Source of the DNA: a virus
DNA: 64,000 nucleotides
Reading direction: 5' to 3' (one strand)
IMG/VR virus record: IMGVR_UViG_3300002307_000003
Position 1 is the first letter of the stretch. Each line of letters begins with the position of its first letter. The notes beneath the pieces are model-generated. The model saw only the letters and a list, made by a program, of their open reading frames with translations. It searched no databases and was not told where the DNA came from. A program made the position numbers and the translations under genes. This document shows positions 7,922 through 16,817 of the stretch, piece after piece.

Positions 7922-8525
7922 CTATTATAATATTGATGTGGGGTTTTTTCCTCGCTGCGTAAAATTGTGTTTTAATAACCAACAATTTCAGGAAATACTT
8001 AAAGATCAAAAATTAGATTCACAATCTATTACAGCACTTGAAATGGGCGTTGCCGAAGTGCATTACATTGGAGAAGGTAAAAAAGGAATTATCATTGCTG
8101 TCTTTAATTTAGATGATATGAAAGATAGTATAGAAGAAATGCTCGCAACCATTGCACATGAAACTGTACATATCATCGAACGCATTAGTGACTACATTGA
8201 TGAAGAAGAAATTTTTACGGAAGAAACAAGAGCTTACTTAACAGAATCTATCGTACGCCAAATTTTTAAGGCTTGCGTCATAGAAAAGGAAAAACATGTT
8301 AGAAAAACATTTGGAAAAATATTTCAAAAACTTAGTGGAGAAAGCGGGGGGTCTGACGTTCAAATGGATAAGCACAGTAACAGGAGTGCCAGACAGGATA
8401 GTATTCCTAAACGGAAAAGTGCATCTAGTGGAACTAAAGGCAAAGTCAGGCCGACTGTCTCCAAGACAATTAGTCGTATTCCGACTACTGGAAAAACACG
8501 GGTTCGTGGTAACGATTCTATTTAG
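7902..8525 (+). CDS. HExxH motif protein (putative metalloprotease-like)
   Basis: ATG 7902 is preferred over 7815. IAHETVHII motif. The last ~75 codons overlap the VRR-NUC gene out of frame and are low-complexity basic, so the 3' end is uncertain. Confidence 0.45.
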   Translation: MNIKKYNYYNIDVGFFPRCVKLCFNNQQFQEILKDQKLDSQSITALEMGVAEVHYIGEGKKGIIIAVFNLDDMKDSIEEMLATIAHETVHIIERISDYIDEEEIFTEETRAYLTESIVRQIFKACVIEKEKHVRKTFGKIFQKLSGESGGSDVQMDKHSNRSARQDSIPKRKSASSGTKGKVRPTVSKTISRIPTTGKTRVRGNDSI

Positions 8526-8580
8526 CGAAGAAGAAGCCGATGCGTTCATTAAATTTAACACCGAAACAAAGACAAATTAG
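8296..8580 (+). CDS. VRR-NUC domain nuclease
   Basis: GVPDRIVF...VELKAKSGRLSPRQ matches the PD-(D/E)XK VRR-NUC signature. AAGGA RBS. Confidence 0.8.
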   Translation: MLEKHLEKYFKNLVEKAGGLTFKWISTVTGVPDRIVFLNGKVHLVELKAKSGRLSPRQLVVFRLLEKHGFVVTILFSEEEADAFIKFNTETKTN

Positions 8581-8908
8581 AGCTCGGTATTATCATAATG
8601 CTAGATCAAGGGCTAAGAAAAATAATCTCTTCTTTGATTTAACTATAGAATATTTAGAATCAATTGCGACGGATGAATGTCCAATATTTAAAATACCCTT
8701 TGCATGGGGTCAGTCTGGATTAGGTAAAGGTAAACAAAAAGAAAACGCACCAACACTTGATCGCATACTGCCACATAAAGGGTATGTTATAGGTAATGTG
8801 GCATTTATATCTCACAGAGCTAATCGTATTAAAGATAATGCATCCATGGAAGAAATGTATAAAATAGCAGATTGGATTTGGGAACATCTTCATGCTAACA
8901 AGAAATAA
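8540..8908 (+). CDS. HNH endonuclease
   Basis: TLDRILPHKGYVIGNVAFISHRANRIK, an HNH_3-like motif. Confidence 0.7.
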   Translation: MRSLNLTPKQRQIRARYYHNARSRAKKNNLFFDLTIEYLESIATDECPIFKIPFAWGQSGLGKGKQKENAPTLDRILPHKGYVIGNVAFISHRANRIKDNASMEEMYKIADWIWEHLHANKK

Positions 8909-10241
8909 CCTACATCAGTATCAACAAGATATTATCAAGCAAGCATCTATACTTTCTTGCATAGGACTACTATTACCGCCAGGGTTGGGTAAGACAGCAA
9001 CAACTTTAACAATCATTGCAGAACAATGTAAAGGTCGCACACTCATCATTGCACCAAAAAAGGTAGCCGAAACTGTATGGACTGAAGAAGTATCAAAGTG
9101 GGAACATCTCAAACACCTCCGCGTCTCAAAGATATTAGGTAATCCAAAAGAACGCATAGAAGCTATACAAAAAGATGCAGATATTTATATTGTCAATTTA
9201 GAAAATGTAGTATGGTTGACTGATCTTAAAATACCTATGACTAAATTTCATAATCTTGTTATTGATGAATCATCAAGATTTAAAGATTCGAGTACTAAAA
9301 GATTTAAAGCTTTAAAACCTTTTCTTAAAACATTTAAACGCCGCATCATTCTAACAGGTACACCTACACCTCAAGGATATCAAGACTTATGGAGTCAAGT
9401 AGCAATCCTTGATCTAGGACAACGACTAGAAACATCACTTACTAAATTTAGAGATAAGTACATGATGCCAATTGATCGTAATAGGCACACAGGTGTGATC
9501 TATAAATGGGGCATCATCCCAAAAGCTGATGAGGTAATTAACGATAAAATTAAAGACATATGTTTTTCCCTTAAAGCAGAGGACTACCTTACACTTCCCG
9601 AAATCACCAAGATTTATCATACTGTAGAAATTGGGCAGGCCACAAGAAATGCATATGATCGATTACGTAAAGATATGGTACTAGAAGTTGAGGACAACAC
9701 CATTACGGCAGTTACCGCCGCGGCTCTATCAAATAAATTATTGCAGTTTACATCTGGTTCACTTTATCTTGAAGATGGTACATGGCTAAAACAGCATGAT
9801 GCCAAGTTAGATTATTTAGAAGATCTTATTGATGAGAACATACCCACACTAGTCTTTTACCATTATAAATCGTCTCTTGCAGGATTACAGGCAAAATTCC
9901 CCGATGCAAAATTATTAGATAGTAATCCTCAGACGATAGAAGATTGGCGACAAGGTAAGATTAAGATGTTGTTAGCCCATCCACAATCAGGTGGCATAGG
10001 AATCAATTTACAATGTAACGTAGCGGACACAGCTCAGATGGTTTGGTATGATTTACCATGGTCAAGTGAGAACTATATCCAAGCTAATGCCAGGGTACAT
10101 AGGCAAGGTCAAACAAAACCTGTAATTATCCATCATTTAGTATTGAGTAAAAGTATAGATAAACAAGTTATTGACGTTTTAGAGGGAAAAATAAATATAC
10201 AAGATGCTGTATTAAATGCATTGAATTTTGCATTAGTATAG
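8892..10241 (+). CDS. SNF2-family DNA helicase
   Basis: Walker A PPGLGKT, DExx box VIDESSRF, and C-terminal helicase motifs GGIGINLQ and ARVHRQGQTKPV. Confidence 0.85.
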   Translation: MLTRNNLHQYQQDIIKQASILSCIGLLLPPGLGKTATTLTIIAEQCKGRTLIIAPKKVAETVWTEEVSKWEHLKHLRVSKILGNPKERIEAIQKDADIYIVNLENVVWLTDLKIPMTKFHNLVIDESSRFKDSSTKRFKALKPFLKTFKRRIILTGTPTPQGYQDLWSQVAILDLGQRLETSLTKFRDKYMMPIDRNRHTGVIYKWGIIPKADEVINDKIKDICFSLKAEDYLTLPEITKIYHTVEIGQATRNAYDRLRKDMVLEVEDNTITAVTAAALSNKLLQFTSGSLYLEDGTWLKQHDAKLDYLEDLIDENIPTLVFYHYKSSLAGLQAKFPDAKLLDSNPQTIEDWRQGKIKMLLAHPQSGGIGINLQCNVADTAQMVWYDLPWSSENYIQANARVHRQGQTKPVIIHHLVLSKSIDKQVIDVLEGKINIQDAVLNALNFALV

Positions 10242-10242
10242 T

Positions 10243-10566
10243 ATGCTTAAAAAAACCGTATTAAAACATATTGTTAACGCCATGATTCCTAGATTATCTG
10301 ATGAGGATCCCGACCCTATGGAACGAGACGATTCAAAAGAGGGTAATTTTTCAGCCACTTTAATTGAAGGATGGTTACCTTGGACGGAAGAAGATTTGAT
10401 TGATATTCGAAAAATTATTGATACTCATTTAGATCCAAAGCAACAATTTATCTTTGAAGCTTATCTTGATGGATTAACTTATAATGATATTTCAGTAACT
10501 GAAAAATATTGGAGATATCATTTTGGTAAAGGATTAGAAATTATTAAAAAGGAATTAAGTTTATGA
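10243..10566 (+). CDS. hypothetical protein with sigma region-4-like HTH
   Basis: FIFEAYLDGLTYNDISVTEKYWRYHF resembles a sigma70 r4/LuxR-type HTH. Weak call. Confidence 0.4.
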   Translation: MLKKTVLKHIVNAMIPRLSDEDPDPMERDDSKEGNFSATLIEGWLPWTEEDLIDIRKIIDTHLDPKQQFIFEAYLDGLTYNDISVTEKYWRYHFGKGLEIIKKELSL

Positions 10567-10820
10567 GTGGAGCTGGAAAAGAATTTAATTGGTCAACATT
10601 TACATCAGAAGAAATAAATGATTCAGTTAATCATCCCAAACATTATACAAAACATCCAAGTGGTGTAGAGTGCATCCAAGTTACAGAACATATGAACTTC
10701 TGCCTTGGTAATGCTGTGAAGTATATCTGGCGTGCAGATTTAAAACACGATGCCATAGAAGACTTAGAAAAAGCGATATGGTATATTCAACGTGAACTAG
10801 ATAAAAGGAGAAAAGTATGA
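10563..10820 (+). CDS. DUF3310-like phage protein
   Basis: HYTKHPSGVECIQV...GNAVKYIWRA...LEKAIWYI pattern. Confidence 0.7.
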   Translation: MSGAGKEFNWSTFTSEEINDSVNHPKHYTKHPSGVECIQVTEHMNFCLGNAVKYIWRADLKHDAIEDLEKAIWYIQRELDKRRKV

Positions 10821-11026
10821 CTGATATTAGCAAAGAAACAATCACATTAACATTTACAGTAGATCAGGTGAATGCAATCCTAAACGTATTAGGTAATGCA
10901 CCATTTGTAGCTTCTGCAAATTTAATTAATGAGATTCAAACTCAAGGTGGCCCCCAAGTAGCAGAATTACAAGCTAAATGCCCACCACAAGTTGAAGAAG
11001 CTACAGCAGAAACACCAGCAGCATAA
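10817..11026 (+). CDS. hypothetical protein
   Basis: 69-aa ORF with AAGGAG RBS. Confidence 0.55.
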   Translation: MTDISKETITLTFTVDQVNAILNVLGNAPFVASANLINEIQTQGGPQVAELQAKCPPQVEEATAETPAA

Positions 11027-11223
11027 TGGCTTCCGATCTTTTAAATAAGATGCTAGAAAAAGGCGGTTTTTCCAATGCCGAAAACATTGAGAAGAAGCGC
11101 CAAGAACTAGCAGCAGCAGTCACCCGAGTCGTTATTAACGAAGCTATGGCTGAGATGAGGGCTCGCAAAGCCGAAATTGAACGCATGTCAGTTAAGACCG
11201 ATGATGGGGCGAAAAAAGACTAG
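11026..11223 (+). CDS. hypothetical protein
   Basis: 65-aa ORF with a TAATG junction onto the upstream gene. Confidence 0.5.
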   Translation: MASDLLNKMLEKGGFSNAENIEKKRQELAAAVTRVVINEAMAEMRARKAEIERMSVKTDDGAKKD

Positions 11224-11237
11224 TTTGTGCATTAGTA
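11207..11237 (+). promoter_or_regulatory. bipartite phage promoter-like element GGGCG-N16-TGCATTAGTA
   Basis: GGGCG 11207-11211, exactly 16 nt, then TGCATTAGTA 11228-11237. Lies 15 nt upstream of ATG 11253. Confidence 0.6.
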
Positions 11238-11252
11238 GGAATAGGACACCCA

Positions 11253-11423
11253 ATGTCAACTCTTAGCCCTTGTAAAGGCATTTGTCGATTAGACAAAGAG
11301 TATTGCGTTGGGTGTAAACGCCATGTTGACGAAATCGTTGAGTGGTATAACCTTTCCGAAAAACAAAAGCAAGCAGTCGTTGAAAGAATCAAAAATGGCA
11401 CAGCCCACAAATCAAAAATTTAA
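11253..11423 (+). CDS. DUF1289-like Cys-rich small protein (56 aa)
   Basis: Below the ORF-track cutoff. MSTLSPCKGICRLDKEYCVGCKRHVDEIVEW matches the C-x3-C...C-x2-C DUF1289 pattern. AGGA upstream. Confidence 0.6.
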   Translation: MSTLSPCKGICRLDKEYCVGCKRHVDEIVEWYNLSEKQKQAVVERIKNGTAHKSKI

Positions 11424-11784
11424 GTTTACTGAAGACCACGCCAAGATCATTCTTGAAATGGGTAAGCATGGAGCATCTCAAAAATCGATGTATTCCGCAA
11501 TTGGTATCAGTAAAACTACTGCTCTTAAACTTAAAAAAGAAGATCCTGATTTTGCAGAAGCTATGGACTTAGCAACAACTTATGGCCAAGCATTTTGGGA
11601 AACAATGATGTTGGCAAATATCGAAAACAAAGCATTTAATTCCCGTGTTGCAGAGATTGCATTACGTGGACAATACCCCGATGATTACAAAGATACAAGA
11701 GAACAAAAGATCGACCTCAAAGCCGAGGTAGTCGTTGACTTTAATAAAGAAATAGCTAATCTAATTTCCGCCTTAAAGCAATAA
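11395..11784 (+). CDS. terminase small subunit-like HTH protein
   Basis: ATG 11395 is preferred over 11308. An HTH (SQKSMYSAIGISKTTALKLKK) followed by EDPDFAEAMDLA resembles TerS-type N-termini. It lies about 47 kb from terL. Confidence 0.45.
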   Translation: MAQPTNQKFKFTEDHAKIILEMGKHGASQKSMYSAIGISKTTALKLKKEDPDFAEAMDLATTYGQAFWETMMLANIENKAFNSRVAEIALRGQYPDDYKDTREQKIDLKAEVVVDFNKEIANLISALKQ

Positions 11785-11810
11785 AAATATTTTCAATTTA
11801 GTTAAAAAAG

Positions 11811-11833
11811 ATCCCCCGAAAGGGGTATTTTTT
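11811..11833 (+). terminator. weak intrinsic terminator
   Basis: CCCC-GAAA-GGGG hairpin followed by TATTTTTTT. Confidence 0.45.
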
Positions 11834-11843
11834 TGCATTAGTA
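11834..11843 (+). promoter_or_regulatory. TGCATTAGT motif copy (no GGGCG partner)
   Basis: TTTGCATTAGTATAG is identical over 15 nt to the copy at 10226-10240. Lies 32 nt upstream of ATG 11876. Confidence 0.45.
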
Positions 11844-11875
11844 TAGGTAACACTATAACGAATTGAAAGACTAAA

Positions 11876-13012
11876 ATGACTGCACACGCTTTTCTATCAG
11901 CCTCTGGATCAAAACGATGGCTATCATGTACTCCTTCCGCAAGACTCGAAAGTACACTCCCAGATTCACCAAGAAGTACAACCGGATTTGATTATTCAGC
12001 AGAAGGCACAACTGCCCATACGCTATCTGAAATCAAACTGCGTCTCCAGTATGGACAAATTAGTAGTGAGGAATATAAAAGAGAGCTTGAGATTATCAAA
12101 CTCACTCAATACTATAATGAAGATATGGAAATGTATACTGACAACTATGTCGTATATGTACGATCACAGATAGGTGCTAACGATGAGCCTTTGTTTGAAC
12201 AAAAGGTAGACTTTTCAGATTGGGTGAACGACGGATTTGGAACAGCAGACGTTGTAGTATTATCAGAAAATTCAATTCATGTCATGGATTTAAAATATGG
12301 TGTTGGTGTGCCTGTATCAGCCATAGACAATTCTCAACTTAGACTTTACGCTTTAGGCGCATGGAGTAAATTTAAAGTCAAGTATCCAAATATTAAAGAA
12401 GTTAAATACACAATTATCCAACCTCGATTGGACAGCATTACAACAGATAGCACAACACTCAACAAGCTTGTTGACTGGGCAGAGTATTTTGTTAAACCTA
12501 AAGCCACAAAAGCTTGGACGGGATCAGGCAACTATGTGCCAGGAGATCATTGCCAATGGTGTAAAGCCAAAGCTTTATGTCGCGCTCGATCTGATTACAA
12601 TAATGAGCTTGCTAAATTAGATTTTAAAGAACCCCCTTTGCTATCAGAAGATGAGCTTAATACTGTGCTTACTAAAGCGCAAGATTTAAAAACATGGGTA
12701 AATGATGTAGAGGCTCACGCACTTGATCGAGCTATCAATGAGCATAAGATCCCTATTGGTTTTAAATTAGCAACGACAACAACACATCGCAAGATCACCG
12801 ATACTGAACTTGCTGCCAAAGTGCTTCTTGAAAAAGGACTTTCTGATAGTGTTATTTATGAACCAGTTAAACTAAAATCGATCGCAACATTAGAGAAGTT
12901 AGCTGCCAAAGGTCAAGTAGTTACTTGGTTAGGTGAATTAGTACAACGCCCCGAGGGATCACCTAAATTGGTCCGCGATACATCGGCTAATGCAGCAGAA
13001 GATTTTAAATGA
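11876..13012 (+). CDS. PD-(D/E)XK (Cas4/DUF2800-like) exonuclease
   Basis: N-terminal SASGSKRWLSCTPS, catalytic-like MDLKYG, and C-terminal Cys cluster HCQWCKAKALC. Confidence 0.8.
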   Translation: MTAHAFLSASGSKRWLSCTPSARLESTLPDSPRSTTGFDYSAEGTTAHTLSEIKLRLQYGQISSEEYKRELEIIKLTQYYNEDMEMYTDNYVVYVRSQIGANDEPLFEQKVDFSDWVNDGFGTADVVVLSENSIHVMDLKYGVGVPVSAIDNSQLRLYALGAWSKFKVKYPNIKEVKYTIIQPRLDSITTDSTTLNKLVDWAEYFVKPKATKAWTGSGNYVPGDHCQWCKAKALCRARSDYNNELAKLDFKEPPLLSEDELNTVLTKAQDLKTWVNDVEAHALDRAINEHKIPIGFKLATTTTHRKITDTELAAKVLLEKGLSDSVIYEPVKLKSIATLEKLAAKGQVVTWLGELVQRPEGSPKLVRDTSANAAEDFK

Positions 13013-13269
13013 TGCTTGTTAAATGTTATGAAAAGGTATACAGTGTTCCAGATAGCTTGATTAGTAAATACACCAAAGAATTTGAGGTATTGCCAGGAAG
13101 CGGGCTTCGTGATGAAATCAATTTGCTCCGCGATTCAGTCTATCAGATTCTTTTACTTATATCGGTAGATCCTGATATGCTATCAGAAGAAGATTATAAA
13201 AAAGATTTTATCAATGCCCTTGCAATTAAAAAGGCTATGGAGAATAATAAAATCTTGCATGATGATTAA
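13009..13269 (+). CDS. hypothetical protein
   Basis: 86-aa ORF with an ATGA overlap. Confidence 0.5.
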   Translation: MMLVKCYEKVYSVPDSLISKYTKEFEVLPGSGLRDEINLLRDSVYQILLLISVDPDMLSEEDYKKDFINALAIKKAMENNKILHDD

Positions 13270-13348
13270 AAGTAGTATAAGATGTTTTTTATGGGTAGAC
13301 GAACTGGCCCCAATTGAAGTCTGGTTCTTACGTTAAGGAGTAATAGAT

Positions 13349-13867
13349 ATGGCAACAACTAATAAAATTAAAATCGTAACAGGTAAAGTACGTTTTTCAT
13401 ATGCACATGTATTTCAACCAAGTGCAGCTGTTGAAGGCGGAACACCTAAGTATTCAGTATCAATCATCATTCCAAAGAGTGATACAGAAACTGTTGCTAA
13501 GTTTCAAAAAGCATTCGAAGATGCAGCGAATACAAACGCAGCGTTCTTTGGTGGTGCTGTTCCAAAAGGTTTAAAAGGTGGTTTACGTGATGGTGATGCA
13601 GAGAAAGATGATCCAGCATATGCTAACTCATTCTTTGTCAATGCTAACTCAGCTAATAAACCTGGTGTTGTTGATGCAGATATGAATGCGATCATTGATC
13701 CTTCAGAATTCTATAGCGGTTGCTATGGTCGTGCATCAGTCACACTATATCCATACAATGCTTCGGGATCTAAAGGCGTTGCAGTTGGATTAAACAATGT
13801 TCAAAAGACAGAAGACGGCGATAAATTAGGTGGCGGTACATCTGCTGCTGTAGATTTCGCAGTTTAA
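13349..13867 (+). CDS. DUF2815-like phage ssDNA-binding protein
   Basis: KVRFSYAHVFQP...KYSVSIIIPK...LRDGD...YSGCYGRASV pattern. AAGGAG RBS. Confidence 0.75.
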   Translation: MATTNKIKIVTGKVRFSYAHVFQPSAAVEGGTPKYSVSIIIPKSDTETVAKFQKAFEDAANTNAAFFGGAVPKGLKGGLRDGDAEKDDPAYANSFFVNANSANKPGVVDADMNAIIDPSEFYSGCYGRASVTLYPYNASGSKGVAVGLNNVQKTEDGDKLGGGTSAAVDFAV

Positions 13868-13870
13868 ATA

Positions 13871-14299
13871 ATGAAGAAAATCCTAGTCATGGGTCTTCCG
13901 AGCGCGGGCAAAACAACAATGGCTCGCGCTTTGATGAAGCAATTAAAACAACATAACAAAACTGTTAATTGGTTTAATGCTGATCGAGTACGTGAAGACT
14001 TTAATGACTGGGACTTTTCCGATAAAGGAAGATTAAGACAAGCTGCTAGAATGTTTTATTTAGCGCGAGATTCAAAAACAGACTATGTAATTTGTGATTT
14101 TGTATGTCCAACAAAATTAGCTTATGCACTATTCGAACCACAACATATTATATGGATGGACACCATTAATCAAAGTAAGTACGAAGATACAAATCAAATT
14201 TTTACACCACCCACCCAGTATGATTTTAGAGTGACTGAAAAAGACGCTGTAAAATATGCTGAGGATATTGCTAGAAAGATTATAAATGGATCAATATAG
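13871..14299 (+). CDS. P-loop kinase (adenylylsulfate kinase-like)
   Basis: GLPSAGKTT Walker A, then NADRVRED and DKGRLRQAARM, resembling APS-kinase motifs. Confidence 0.55.
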   Translation: MKKILVMGLPSAGKTTMARALMKQLKQHNKTVNWFNADRVREDFNDWDFSDKGRLRQAARMFYLARDSKTDYVICDFVCPTKLAYALFEPQHIIWMDTINQSKYEDTNQIFTPPTQYDFRVTEKDAVKYAEDIARKIINGSI

Positions 14300-16160
14300 A
14301 GAATACATTGCCGCAAGTCGATACGCTAGATTTATAGATGAAAAAGCACGTCGAGAAACATGGGGCGAAACAACCCAAAGATTTGTAGATTATATTTTTA
14401 GTCATACAGAATTAATTAAAGACAATGAAGCATTAAAGAAAGAAATCTTTGACGCTATTTTTAACCATCAATTAATGCCTTCCATGCGTGCCATGATGAC
14501 GGCAGGAAAGAGTGCCGATCGTGACAATACATGCGTTTATAACTGTTCTTACTTACCCGTGGACGATCCTAAATCATTTGATGAAGCCATGTTTATCTTG
14601 CTATGCGGAACAGGAGTTGGTTTCTCAGTCGAAGCAAACAATATTAACAAGTTGCCCGAAGTGCCGGACACTTTATATGAATCCAATCACACGATCGCAG
14701 TCCATGACTCAAAAGAAGGTTGGGCAAAATCATTAAGATTAATACTGGCTCATCTATGGGCTGGTGAAGTTCCACAATGGGACGTAAGTAAAATACGCCC
14801 GGCGGGTGCTCGATTAAAAACATTTGGTGGTAGGGCGTCTGGCCCACAACCGCTGATTGATTTATTTCAATTTGTAGTAGCCGTATTTAAAAATGCTAGA
14901 GGACGTAAATTAAACTCCCTCGAATGTCATGATATTATGTGTAAAATCGGTGAAGTTGTTGTAGTTGGTGGCGTACGTCGTTCAGCTATGATTTCACTAT
15001 CAGACCTAGATGATGAAAGGATTAGACATGCAAAAGCGGGACCTTGGTGGGATACAGCACCGCACCGTGCGTTGGCGAATAATTCCGCAGTGTACGACGA
15101 GACGCCTACAGTTGGCAAATTCATGGAGGAATGGCTCTCCCTCTACAATTCGCACTCGGGTGAACGAGGCATTTTCAATCGCGAGGCAGCTAAGAAAACG
15201 GTTTCCAAATTCGGGCACCGCGATCCAAATTTCGAGTTCGGTACTAACCCGTGCTCCGAGATCATTCTTCGTCCGTATCAATTTTGTAACCTCACGGAAG
15301 CTGTTGTACGTCACGACGATACCAAAGAGACTCTTATATACAAAGTCAAATTGGCTACCATTTTGGGTACAATTCAATCGACGTTCACAAAGTTCCCTTA
15401 TTTAAGAAAAGTGTGGCAAAATAATACCGAAGCAGAACGCTTGCTTGGTGTGTCATTAACTGGTATATTTGACAATAAATTATTAACTACACAAGGGACA
15501 AAATTAAATGAAATTCTTAACGAACTCAGAGATGTGGCGAGAGCTACAAACAAAGAATGGGCAGAAAAACTTGGTATTGAACCAAGTACCGCAATCACTT
15601 GCGTCAAGCCAAGTGGAACAGTCTCTCAACTTGTTGACTCTGCGTCAGGAATCCATCCAAGACATTCTAAGTACTATATCAGAAGAGTACGAGGAGACAA
15701 AAAAGATCCACTTACAACCTTCCTTGTGGAACAGGGCATTCCTAGCGAAGACTGCGTATATAAACCGACGCAAACAACAGTCTTTAGTTTCCCTCAAAAA
15801 GCACCCGACGGATTAACAAGAGAAGATGTTACACCTATAGATCACTTAGAATTATGGTTGACCTATCAAAGAGAATGGTGTGAACATAAACCTTCTGTTA
15901 CCATATCGGTTGAAGAAAAAGATTGGCCAAGTGTTGGAGCATGGGTATGGGATCACTTTGATGAGATTAGTGGAGTATCATTCCTACCATATGATGGTGG
16001 CACTTATCGCCAGGCGCCATACGAAGAGTGTACAGAAGAGCAGTACAATGAATTAAAAGCTAAAATACCTAACATTGATTGGACACATTTTAAAGAAGTG
16101 ACTGACAATGTTGAGGGAGCCCAAATGCTTGCATGCGTGGCAGGTGTTTGTGATATCTAA
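14286..16160 (+). CDS. nrdJ: class II (adenosylcobalamin-dependent) ribonucleotide reductase
   Basis: 624 aa. Active-site TNPCSEI. C-terminal redox pair CVAGVCDI. No separate small subunit. Confidence 0.8.
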   Translation: MDQYREYIAASRYARFIDEKARRETWGETTQRFVDYIFSHTELIKDNEALKKEIFDAIFNHQLMPSMRAMMTAGKSADRDNTCVYNCSYLPVDDPKSFDEAMFILLCGTGVGFSVEANNINKLPEVPDTLYESNHTIAVHDSKEGWAKSLRLILAHLWAGEVPQWDVSKIRPAGARLKTFGGRASGPQPLIDLFQFVVAVFKNARGRKLNSLECHDIMCKIGEVVVVGGVRRSAMISLSDLDDERIRHAKAGPWWDTAPHRALANNSAVYDETPTVGKFMEEWLSLYNSHSGERGIFNREAAKKTVSKFGHRDPNFEFGTNPCSEIILRPYQFCNLTEAVVRHDDTKETLIYKVKLATILGTIQSTFTKFPYLRKVWQNNTEAERLLGVSLTGIFDNKLLTTQGTKLNEILNELRDVARATNKEWAEKLGIEPSTAITCVKPSGTVSQLVDSASGIHPRHSKYYIRRVRGDKKDPLTTFLVEQGIPSEDCVYKPTQTTVFSFPQKAPDGLTREDVTPIDHLELWLTYQREWCEHKPSVTISVEEKDWPSVGAWVWDHFDEISGVSFLPYDGGTYRQAPYEECTEEQYNELKAKIPNIDWTHFKEVTDNVEGAQMLACVAGVCDI

Positions 16161-16181
16161 TTTCACGTGGTGGTGAAGTAG

Positions 16182-16210
16182 GGGGCTCTGTAGTTTGGAG
16201 CCTCTTTTTA
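16182..16210 (+). terminator. possible intrinsic terminator after the RNR gene
   Basis: GGGGCTC / GAGCCTC stem with a 9-nt loop, followed by TTTTTA. Confidence 0.4.
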
Positions 16211-16226
16211 TTTGGAGAAAACACAA

Positions 16227-16430
16227 ATGATTAAAAAAGCAAAATTAAAAGTGTTAAGTGTAAAAGAAAAAGGTGATACATGGTATATCACAGTAGACAC
16301 TAATGAAGAAGGTCGTAGAATACTTATGCAAGCTGGTATAAACCAAGCACTAAATAACATGGTAAGTGATAATTATAAAATATTATCATGGTGGCAACGA
16401 TTTAAATACGCATGGAAACACGCTAAATAA
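16227..16430 (+). CDS. hypothetical protein
   Basis: ATG 16227 with GGAG upstream, preferred over TTG 16212. Confidence 0.5.
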   Translation: MIKKAKLKVLSVKEKGDTWYITVDTNEEGRRILMQAGINQALNNMVSDNYKILSWWQRFKYAWKHAK

Positions 16431-16447
16431 ATTATTTACGGAATAGT

Positions 16448-16594
16448 ATGATAGTATATCGAATGAAACATTTGAACGGACATATTATGTTTAATCGTCC
16501 AATTAAAATGAGGGTATCTGATAAAGATAGTAGAAGATATGCTAGAATAGAACGTAAACTTAAACGAAATTCACGATATTGGTTAGGAGATTAA
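16448..16594 (+). CDS. possible small basic protein (48 aa)
   Basis: Fills the gap between neighbouring genes. Below the track cutoff, with no strong SD. Confidence 0.3.
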   Translation: MIVYRMKHLNGHIMFNRPIKMRVSDKDSRRYARIERKLKRNSRYWLGD

Positions 16595-16595
16595 A

Positions 16596-16817
16596 ATGGC
16601 AAGTGAAGCAGGCAAGGGAGATAAACGTAGACCTACAGATATGGAGTTATTTGAAACTAATTTTGAACGTATCTTTGGAAAGCCTAAAAAATCTCGTATG
16701 GATACCATTGGACAAAATGGTAATGAAGGGTTACACTATGATTCTGATGATGCAGTTGACCGATGGTCAGCCGTATTGCGAGATGAATATGATTCTAAAT
16801 ATTGGAAAGACCAATGA
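16596..16817 (+). CDS. conserved small phage protein
   Basis: AGGAGA RBS. The GKGDKRRP...NFERIFG pattern recurs in many phages, from memory. Preferred over the overlapping ORF 16579-16824. Confidence 0.6.
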   Translation: MASEAGKGDKRRPTDMELFETNFERIFGKPKKSRMDTIGQNGNEGLHYDSDDAVDRWSAVLRDEYDSKYWKDQ

